A DNA stretch of 32,000 nucleotides from Wallemia ichthyophaga EXF-994 (taxonomy: Eukaryota > Fungi > Basidiomycota), in contig NW_008806287.1 of NCBI RefSeq assembly GCF_000400465.1, positions 150,001 through 182,000 of the forward strand, written 5' to 3'. The notes beneath the pieces are model-generated. The model made no database searches. It worked only from the letters and a program-made list of their open reading frames with translations, and was not told the origin of the DNA. The position numbers were made by a program, and so were the translations under genes. Of this stretch, positions 23,151 through 32,000 are shown piece by piece (positions within the stretch are counted from its first letter, which is position 1; every line of letters begins with the position of its first letter).

Positions 23151-24505
23151 TTAGGAAGACGCCATTGCTATATCTAGCACCAGTCGCTGCCTCAAATACT
23201 TCATGTGTTTCTGGGTGAATTCGAACGCACTGTCGTCATCGACATCCATACCTCTACTTAAGGCGTCCATAAAACAGCAGGAAAAAACACCGCAATCGAA
23301 TCCATTGTTCTGAGCGGGTGTATTCTCCGACCAGAAGTCTTCCCAGTCTGTAAAGTCAAATGGAGTGCCCTTCTTCGTTTCGTGTTCCTTGCCAATATAC
23401 TCGCGCATTTTGTTATATACGTGCTTATTACCCCCACCCATTGAGTCATACATCTCGAAACGCTTTTTGCGCATATTGATAGCCCCACAAACCCAATGTG
23501 ACTGACCGCGGTTGATTGGAAAGATGATAATATCTTTTTCGAATAAGTCAATCTTCTTTACCCATCTTCCCAATTTAGCTTTGTCATAGCCAGCTGATTC
23601 GAGGGTAGAGAAGAGAAATGTGCCGTGTATGTACGCGTCAAATGGCTTGACGCCTTTCTTGTCGTTCTTCTCCCAACTTTCTATATCATCAGCCTTCCTC
23701 TTTCTTAGCATCTCGGCATAAAAGTTGATAACTTCATCATTCAGCCACCTTCCAGGAAGAAGGAGTTTAAGATCATTTGACATCATGGTCTGTCTACCGC
23801 ATTTACTAACTTTGCCAGACAGGCTCATAATCTTCTTGTGCTCAGCGTGCTCTTCATCAGAAAGTTCAGTTGGGAGTTCACGTTTAGGGCCTAAGGAGAG
23901 CTTTGCGAGTTCAAGCTGTGATAAGTGATAGACCTTTGGTGGTGCTGCGTTGAAAGAGGTATCGCTGCGCAGCTGCTTGGTATCTAGCCAACCAACATCT
24001 AAGCTCTTCCTTGAGCGAGTTGAGGGAGGTATATTCTGACCCAGATTAAGCTTATCGACGCGCTGCTTGAACGAGTAATAGCCTTTAAGGGTAAAAGTGA
24101 GAAGAAAAGACCACGATAAGCATCACCAGCGCACCTTTAAAGGTATCAAAATCTGCAGAGTAACCTCTAGACTGCTGTTGATGGAATGCGAGTTTAATTT
24201 TCCTCAATTGGGCGTTATTTAAGTGCTGAGAGGGCGTAAGGAGGGGTAGAAAAGAGAATAAGCCTAAGGCACACCTGTAGGCTAAGAATATGAGGACGTT
24301 TCTTGTGAGATTTCTGGATAGTTTTGCTTTTAGTGCTGATTGAGAGAGAGTTATTAATATGACGATGAGATTGCTTCGATAGCTGCGATTGCTGCCGAGA
24401 ATACTGCTGAGGAAATTGCTGCGATTGCTGCCGAGATTGCTGCCGAGAATCACCAATAAAATAATCAGATATGCTATGGAATAAATTTTCTAAATAACCG
24501 GTCAT
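23151..24505 (-). CDS. ULP1: SUMO protease Ulp1 (peptidase C48)
   Basis: LLPGRWLNDEVINFY and the catalytic triad in GQSHWVC / FEMYDSM / QNNGFDCGVF. Two upstream exons join via GTGTGC..CAG and GTGCGC..AAG introns; N-terminal RQQS 12-nt repeats at about 24380-24445. Confidence 0.93.
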
Positions 24506-24551
24506 CAACCTTTATATCTTTATCTGGTGTTGAGCGTAATTATCAAGAGGA

Positions 24552-25105
24552 ATGGGATACACTTATAGAAGATATATTAGATCAGAATCGGGTGCATTTG
24601 GATGCGTAAATTGTAAAACGCATTTAGCAGCGCTTGAGGATTTAGAGAGTCATGTGCGTGGATGGCTAATGGCTGATAAGACATCTAATCAATCTGAAGG
24701 CATTTCAAGGGCAAACGGGCAGGGCTTTGTTGTTTAGGAGTGTGTGAGTCAAAGGTATCCAACAGCCACTCAGGCTCACACGAAATAGCCTCAATTACAC
24801 ACTCTCTAAAGCAGAAGAAAGGGGAATGACCACTGGGGTACACACGGTTGCAGACTTGGAGTGTAGAAGGTGCAAGCTGCAGCTGGGCTGGAAATACCTC
24901 TATGCTTATGACGAGAGGTGGGCCATGTCTACAGCTATATAATCACACTCATCACAACCACCGCAGCCAGAAGTATAAAGAGGGCAAGTACATCCTTGAG
25001 AAAGCTAGAATAGTCAAGGTCGATGGCGGTTTGTCTAGACGTCGTACTCAACTCTTCTCCAACGGCGTTGTCTACAGCGACGACCAGGCCAGCGACGATG
25101 ATTGA
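24552..25105 (+). CDS. MOH1: Yippee/YPEL/Moh1 zinc-binding protein
   Basis: Spliced [65 protein letters not shown]; two CxxC pairs, 3 introns. Confidence 0.93.
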
Positions 25106-25206
25106 CAGCTGTACCTTCAAACGAGGAGGTTTTAACGAACATACTAACGACAGGATTACTTATGTTTTGCTATTCTCAATGCATGTTGTACTATCTATTA
25201 TTACTA

Positions 25207-25992
25207 TTAGAGCACCGGTGTGGCTGGTGTGGCTGGTGTGCTCGAACGAGATGTCGCTGTTGATTTTGTTGACTTGCGTTTCTTCTTCTTGATTGATGTA
25301 TTGGCAGTGCTATTAGCTGCCTTTGTCGGTATTGGTTGTGTAGGTGGTTCTACTACAACTTGCTGTTGCTCCCCCTCTTGTTCAGACTGCTCACCAAGTA
25401 CCTTCGCTCTACGCTCCCGCTCAGCCTTAACATCCTCCCTAGTCGAACGCATCGACCTGAGTAACGGCAACGGGTTATCCTCACTCTCGTCCAATTTATC
25501 CCTCTGCTTATCCTGAATATCCCACTTATAACCAATTCTAGGATTATAAGCAGGTAATACATCCCTAATACTCTTCATGGACGACTGTAAAGCGAATATC
25601 GCGCTATGGAACTTTATACCTAGAGTACTGTATCCATCTGGTGCAGCGTATATGTTATTATTCAGGCAGTAATAAACCCCTAGTACTCTAACACTGCTAG
25701 GGGAGTATCTGTACTGCTTCTTTATGATAAACAAGTCAGGTGGCTTCGAATCAGCCAAAACAAATTCAACGCCAACAAAGTGAACAAGCTGATGTTGTAA
25801 ATTCATTGGTTGAGCTAAATTTGCAATATTCTGCATCTTGATTAACTGGTTATTGCTCTTCTTATCGTAGAAAGGTGATAAACTAAAGTAATCCATTATG
25901 AGTACGTCATTTAGTGTATTACCGTAGAATTGTAAAAATTCAGGCGCTCTCCAGAAAATACTACTCAAATCAATTTCGTCATCTTGTGCCAT
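25207..25992 (-). CDS. MED6: Mediator subunit 6
   Basis: FWRAPEF..IMDYFSLSPFYDKKSNNQLIKMQ..VGVEFVL..PPDLFIIKKQYR..VLGVYYCLNNNIYAAPD. The first true ATG is at 25992; the ORF-track start at 26019 is TTG. Confidence 0.92.
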   Translation of the reverse strand: MAQDDEIDLSSIFWRAPEFLQFYGNTLNDVLIMDYFSLSPFYDKKSNNQLIKMQNIANLAQPMNLQHQLVHFVGVEFVLADSKPPDLFIIKKQYRYSPSSVRVLGVYYCLNNNIYAAPDGYSTLGIKFHSAIFALQSSMKSIRDVLPAYNPRIGYKWDIQDKQRDKLDESEDNPLPLLRSMRSTREDVKAERERRAKVLGEQSEQEGEQQQVVVEPPTQPIPTKAANSTANTSIKKKKRKSTKSTATSRSSTPATPATPVL

Positions 25993-26093
25993 TGATTGTG
26001 ATGGTGATGGTCGAGACAAAGAAAGTCAAAGAAATAATAAATTTTCATCTTTACAAAATCATTTCAACTTGCTTGATGCTGGTGTTGTTCATG

Positions 26094-29000
26094 TTATTCA
26101 TGTTGCATATGTTGATTTTGATTTTGATTCGTACTCGTACTCGTACTTGTATTAGGTGGTAAGAAACTACCTCCTCCAAACATATTTGGCCACCCAGATG
26201 TCCCACCATCTCCCCATATGCTATTAGATCTACCATTCCTAGTCATTTGATTACTATTAGGTGTTACGCTCCCTGTTACTCCCGCAGTCGGCCACCCCGT
26301 CTGTTTATCCAGACTCATCGGCAGTGGCTGCCAAGTGCTTCCACCTAATCCAACTGGTGCCATCTGTGAACTTTGTCGCCTTGCTGGTCTTTCCACCACT
26401 TCATCATCTCCACCTCCTAGTGCTGAACTACCAAGTAATTTACCCACTGAAGGTGCTGACGATGATTGATCTGGTGTTGTATTTCCACTTGGTCTAGATA
26501 TCGGTGTTGGTACTGCAGATATAGGTGGTCTGCTAACTGCTCCGACCGCTCCAAATCCAACTGGTCTTGCTGACGTTGAGGCTGACGCTCCCGCAGATGG
26601 CCCGGCTAACAAGCTATCTTCACCAAGATTCAAACCCGCAACTCCTCCACCAACACTTCCAATCGGTGACTTTGACTGTCTCTTCCCACCGAACAAACCA
26701 TCATCCATCGAGTTACTTTCAAATGCAGTTCTTGTCATTGAGGGTGGTGATTTCGCAAATCCGTATGCACCAAAAGGTGTCTGTGCATTTTGCGTTCCAT
26801 TAGGAATCAGACCTGGTGGTGCTACCCCCACTCTAGGTCTCTGTTGATGTTGTTGATGTTGTTGATGTTGATTAGAAGCTGGACTATGCATCTCTTGTTG
26901 TGAATAAAATGGCGGCCTTTGAATATTCCCATTAAGTAGTGCTGAAGGTGCCTTTGGTGCATCTTGCATTTGCTTGTCTTTCGTTGGCGTCATCATGTAA
27001 GGTGCTGTCGAATTATGAGCTGGTGGTGACCTCATTGGCATCAACCCAGGTGCAGCTGCTGCTCTTGGTGAAGGTGATGATGTAGATGCTTCTGGGTTTT
27101 GTAACTGTCTGTGGAACTGTGCTCGCTGTGCTTGAGCTGCTGCTTGTGCTTGAGCATGTGCTTGCTGTTGACGAATCTGCTCCATTCTTGCTTGTTGAGC
27201 TTGAGCTTGTGCCTGCATTTGAGCCTGTGCCTGAGCTTGAGCTTGAGCCTGTGCCTGTGCCTGCTTCTGCAACTCTTCTTCGTGTGCTTTATCTGCTTTA
27301 GCTTTTTGCTCAGCTTCATATGCAGCAGCACGTTCCTTTTTACGCTCAAGTTTGGCAGCCTTAGCTCTCTCCTGCTCCTCCTTCTCTGATTTAAGCTTAT
27401 CTTCACGCTCCTTTTTCTTACGCTCCTTCTCAGTTTCTCTTTCCTTGTGGATTTCCTGTTGACGCTGTCGCTCAGCCTCACGACGACGCTTCTCTTCCTC
27501 TTTAGCTTGTCGCTCTGCTTCACGACGCTGTCTTTCAGCTTCTTGACGTCGACGAGCTGCCTCTTGTGCAGCATCTGCTTTGGCTTTCTTAGCTGCCTCC
27601 TCTTCTGCAACTTGTGCTCTCTTAGCTGCATCTGCTTCCTCTTTTTGTTGACGCTGAAGACGCTTTTTGTCTTTCTTACGCTGATTCTCTTTGGCCTTTT
27701 TAGCTTCCTTATCCGCTGCAACCTTGTCTTCCTCCTCAAGTTCGCGGAGAAGTTGTAATTGACGTTCTTGTGCGACCTGCGATTACTTAGTTGTGATGAA
27801 TAACGTATATCACAAACCACTCACCTTCTCACGATATGCCTGTAATACACGCTGTTCAAACATTCTTGCAGCAAATACTTGGAACATTCGACGACCATCT
27901 TCCATACGCTGTTGAGTGTGAGTTAGAATAAAAGATGCACTTAAAACACACTAACATCCTCATCATCATCATCCTCCAAAAAATCGTCATCTTCTTCATT
28001 ATCATCCTGCTCATCTTCTTCTTCACTATCATCAAATCCAGCAGCAGCTTCTTCCTCTCTTTGTAAGCGTCTTTCAGCTAAACTTTCCATCATTTCTAAG
28101 AACTTTTGTCCGTCGTTTCTCAAGAGATCATCAGCAACGGTGAGTATTCCACCTAGAGCTAAAAATCAATAAATTGAATAGTTGTAAATTCCAAATAATA
28201 CGCACCTTGTACTGTAAAAGTTTTCGAGAATGATGATGTGAATATCTCTGACTTCTTCCTTCTACTGTTGCCATGGCGATAGCGACGTGAATTAGACAGA
28301 CTGTCTTGCTCATCGTCGTAGTCATCATCACCCGATATATCATCGTCAGGGTCATCCTCATCGTAATCCTCATCATCTTCGTCGTCGTACTCATCATCGA
28401 GGTCATCATCATCATCGCCATTATCGGGTGGTTGAACTAACTGACCGTTCTTGTCAAGTTCCACAGAACCTGGAAATGGACCTGGACCGGGAGGCGGTGG
28501 AATTGTAGTAGGAGAGCTATAATGCTGATATTGATGTGCGACGTACTGCTCGAGTTCATCATAGTAAGCATCGTATAAAACTTCAAGTTCATCTTCAATT
28601 GCTGAACGCTTTCTACCACAAACAGCGCAAGAGCATGAATGCTTCTGCTGCTCCTTCATTTTTCGAAGGACAGTCTCTTTTTCAACTTGTACTAGCTTTC
28701 TTCGCTCGTCTTGGGAGAGAGACAACCAGAATTCTTTTATACGCTCGCGCTCCTCAGTTGAATTAGTGGACCAAATCTTCTTAGCCAGAGAAGAAGAAGG
28801 AGGCTGCTTATTTGTGGAAGAAGTTTGAGATGATTTAGATTTCGTCTGATTTGTAGCGGCATTTGACCTCATAGTGGACTGTTGAGGTAGATAAGACATA
28901 GGAGCTTTTCCAGCAGCCCTAGAAGAAGGTGGTGGAGGTTGAGTGACTGGTGGGGGTGGAACTGGCTGAGCAGGTGGTGGTGGTGGTGGTGGAATAGAAT

Positions 29001-29786
29001 TTGTATTCAACAAATTATTAACTTTTGGCTGAGCAGTGGGTTTAGTCTTCTTATTCTTCCTCTTCTTCTTCTTTGAAGGGGCGTCTGTAACACCATTCAA
29101 ATGCTGTTCAGACTGTACACCAGGAGTAGTAAGAGGAATTACGCCGCTATCGTAAATGACGCCAGAATGATAGTTGTACTCGCCGTCAGTACCATCAATA
29201 GAGTCAACGTCATCGTCTGTATAATACTCCTGATCAAAGTCATCATGCCTCAAACCGCGTGAAGGTGGCGGACCAAGCTGCTCCAAAGCGAAACGAACAG
29301 AAGGATCACTGAAATCGAATGAGCTAGCTGGTGGGGGAGCAGGACCATGAGGAACGCCTTGAATCTGAGAATTGTTGTTGTTGTTGTTGTTTGGAGGGTA
29401 ACGCGTGGCAGACGCAATTTGCTGTGCGACGGCCTGCATAGCTGCAGCAGACATCTTTGGAGGGGTGTGGTGGTTGTTTGATTGCAGCTGTCCGAGTGGC
29501 AGAGCATTTCTAATGAATTGTCGTAAGTGGGCTGGGAGACTGGACCAGTAAGCGTCATCGTCTGGGAGTGAACCTGGGTGATCAGCGGACATTCTAGCGT
29601 ACAGGGAGCTAGCTGTTGCTAATAAGTCTAAAGATATATGAGAACAATAGGGCTGCACTGCGATTTGGACTAACCATGGGCAGTAGCTGCTGCGTCTACA
29701 CCCAAATTCCATTGGCCACTGAGATCTGTATGCTGGCTATGCTCATCCACTTTCTTCTGCTGTCCTTTCTTCGATTTCGCGGGCAT
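26094..29786 (-). CDS. NST1: Stress response protein Nst1
   Basis: [102 protein letters not shown], then a long coiled coil and a low-complexity tail. An extra exon 1 (MPAKSKK.., ATG 29786) joins through intron 29628-29674. Confidence 0.92.
27130..27265 (-). repeat. (Ala-Gln)n coding repeat within NST1
   Basis: [37 protein letters not shown] from GCTCAA/GCACAG hexamers. Confidence 0.85.
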
Positions 29787-29994
29787 AACGTCGTCGCTCT
29801 GAACTAAGGTGAAATGGCGCAGGGATTCGGTGAGAAGTTATTTAAAAATTGTACAGCTAGTGCTATCTATCCTTTATATCGTATATTCAATTCATTTTAG
29901 ATAAAAAATCTTTTTTATTTTCATAGCCATCGTCCTGCCGTTGAGGACTTGTTGGGAGGACTGTGCGGATAGTGGCAGGCGTGTTAGTTAGTTA

Positions 29995-30792
29995 TTACAG
30001 TCGCTGCTGTGCGTGGTATAGCCAAGCTATTTGCATCGGCTCACAGCTCAGCGGCCTCTGCCTTTTTATAAAGTCGACAGCCCGGAATACAATATCTGCG
30101 TTATCAGTATTGTTTTCGTTGAGGTCATCGTAGAATGGCTTTAATTTGTGGTCTTTGCATCGTATAAGCTCGTTTAAGGCTATAAATGTTGCACTTCTGC
30201 CGATCCCTGCTGAGCAATGCACAACACAAGGTGATTGCCTATCGAGTCTACGCAAAAGGGTTTTTAAAGAGGAAAGTGATTTCGGCGCGGAGTGATCTGG
30301 CCATATCTTGTAGAGTATATGACGGGTTTCAAGTGATTTAAAGGGCGTTGTTATCTCGATAATCGTTGTCAGACATTCTTCGTCCTCATCTATGGACTTT
30401 TTTGTGATAGTAATACCATCCAGCTGAATAAAATCGTTTGGCAGGTAATAATCAACCTTTACTCTCCCGCTCTCGCGATAATTGGACAGCTGTATGATAT
30501 CACGGGCACCTTCCTCGAGAATCATCGTGTAGAATGATTGCAGCGTGTGCAACGGTGGTGCTTGTGTGGCTATAAACATCTTTGACTGCCCAATATCGCA
30601 ATTAAAGTCGTTAAACTGCACGACGGATGCGTTGATATACTCCACTGTGCTCGGCAGGCTTTCATCGTAGCAGAGTATATTTGTATACCTATTAAACGCG
30701 ATAAATCGCGTTGACTTGGACTTTGATAAAGATTTCCTGTCTAATCGGACTTTCTCTCGTCGAGACAGCTCTTGAATGGAATCAGCCATCAT
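29995..30792 (-). CDS. Classical protein-tyrosine phosphatase (PTP1/Pyp3-like)
   Basis: NRYTNI, YINAS, FIATQAP, WPDH loop and the VHCSAGIGRS signature. No other Met lies between the ATGs at 30792/30789 and the NRY motif. Confidence 0.92.
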   Translation of the reverse strand: MMADSIQELSRREKVRLDRKSLSKSKSTRFIAFNRYTNILCYDESLPSTVEYINASVVQFNDFNCDIGQSKMFIATQAPPLHTLQSFYTMILEEGARDIIQLSNYRESGRVKVDYYLPNDFIQLDGITITKKSIDEDEECLTTIIEITTPFKSLETRHILYKIWPDHSAPKSLSSLKTLLRRLDRQSPCVVHCSAGIGRSATFIALNELIRCKDHKLKPFYDDLNENNTDNADIVFRAVDFIKRQRPLSCEPMQIAWLYHAQQRL

Positions 30793-31096
30793 TGATTGGG
30801 TGAATGAAGCACTCGAGGATCAGCAACCAAACAATCTCATCAATCAGCTCGATGATAAGTTCTACAAGCTCATTTCAAATATAAACGAAAAAATTCAGTC
30901 CATCGACTACGATAAATCTCAGTTAGATGACCTCAATCGTTTGGCTGTTGAGTTGCAATCGCAGTTATCTCATTTACGTAAAGATTTGCGCTCTCTACCT
31001 ACAGACGATGTACACCTATCTAAACTAAACACTCTCTCGCGTCTGCACTCCGAGTTACTGACACAAACTGAAAATCTTCGCAACTCATTCATTTGA
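30776..31096 (+). CDS. 106-aa helical protein resembling the N-terminus of COG7
   Basis: Intronless ORF with a single Met, filling the whole gap between two conserved genes. IIDWVNEAL followed by amphipathic heptads resembles the COG7 N-terminus (DVxxWINxAL..). Identity is from memory and unverified. Confidence 0.55.
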   Translation: MESAIIDWVNEALEDQQPNNLINQLDDKFYKLISNINEKIQSIDYDKSQLDDLNRLAVELQSQLSHLRKDLRSLPTDDVHLSKLNTLSRLHSELLTQTENLRNSFI

Positions 31097-32000
31097 TCCA
31101 ACATTCCCCCCATCAATCAGGATATTGAACGTAAAGTCCTTATACTCCTCCTCTGCCTCGTCCATATGCGGCGTCGATGGCGGCGTCATGGTTCGGTACG
31201 TATACGTTACTTGTAAGACAACCTAGACCTTTTCATCAGCATATACCTTTTCTTTACCAAAACTCACCTCTAATCTCTTTGCGTCTTGGTATACTCCCAA
31301 TTCAAACATACTGTTTGTCCAATTACCCTTGCTCTCCACCAGTCCGACAGACTTGGCCTCTGAGATGCGTCTTGCCTGACTCTGCACCCACGCCTCCTCT
31401 TCAAACTCCATGACATCGTTGAATGCACCTATCTCATACTCCCCCTCGTCTATACGAGCTTTGCAGCCACTCTGGTGCACAACTTTCATCCTGATCTTCA
31501 TAGCGTCGTACAGTGGATTGACTGTATGCATCTCAAACACATACACCCTCCCTCCTCTCAACTCTCCATTGCTTGTGAGTCTCGATCCTGTAGGTTGCAG
31601 CGCCATCCGCGCTATCCTCGCGTTAATCGCAGGCAGGTAGTTATTAGCTGTCATCTTTATCTTGTGTTTAGTGTGTGATTTGGTATCTGGTTTGATGAGG
31701 ATATGCCTACACGTAGCGCAACGTTTGCTGTATTTTGTAACTAGTTTGATTCTTTGAGGTGTCTGCAGGTGTTTGTATATGCTAGATGGATATGAATTGC
31801 TCGAGTTGTGAATGTCGTGGAGATCTGTGGCATTCCTAAGAATGTTGAGTTTATCAAACTCAGTCTCTGCCAAAGACTCCAGCTGCCTATCGCTCGTGTC
31901 TGGCGTTGCGTGTGCCGGGTAGAGAGGATGGAAAGCAACGTCATCTACGAAACCGTCAACGCTAAGGAGAGACTCGAATTTACTTCTGACATGCTCAAAC
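31085..32000 (-). CDS. DCTN4: Dynactin subunit 4 (p62), 5' end outside the window
   Basis: LVTKYSKRCATCRHILIKPD..KIKMTANNYLPAI..VNPLYDAMKI. Intron 31223-31267, then a last exon VVLQVTYTY..KDFTFNILIDGGNVGSNE* with stop at 31085-31087. Confidence 0.88.

Noticed and set aside
2188-25992. Apparent clustering of RNA-processing/export genes (ISY1, THP3, NUP42, U2AF65) and trafficking genes (VPS4, ZW10, COG7-like, p62)
   Set aside because: These are large housekeeping categories. In a compact genome enriched for core genes this is expected by chance, and no enrichment test could be run.

Overview
Eukaryotic DNA from a very compact, intron-rich fungal genome. Most introns I resolved are 42-61 nt, GT..AG, with CTRAC-like branch points. 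Gene content looks basidiomycete, and the compaction is what I would expect of Wallemia (inference only). I resolved 21 protein-coding genes (16 on -, 5 on +) by splicing the ORF track by hand, plus one intron-containing tRNA-Tyr(GTA). In order: PKA catalytic subunit (partial), PAM17, ISY1, an Rrn10-like protein, THP3/LENG8-like, NUP42-like, tRNA-Tyr, VPS4, RPS27, DSL1/ZW10, JMJD4-like, F-BAR/RhoGAP, a metallo-beta-lactamase-fold hydrolase, U2AF65, DIC1, ULP1, Yippee/MOH1, MED6, NST1, a tyrosine phosphatase, a 106-aa COG7-N-terminus-like ORF, and dynactin p62 (partial). The only large non-genic gap (8277-9374) holds something the ORF track misses: two tandem, 5'-truncated, same-orientation 3' ends of a LINE-like retrotransposon, stacked directly upstream of the tRNA and separated by ATTGAAA-containing repeats. 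This suggests tRNA-targeted non-LTR retrotransposition in a fungus. Other highlights: a mini COG7-like gene whose CDS overlaps both neighbours; a U2AF65 start codon split by an intron (unspliced RNA reads AUG-UGA); divergent start codons only 26 nt apart; an 8-nt microexon; and two apparently related introns in one gene. All family calls come from recognised motifs, not from database searches.
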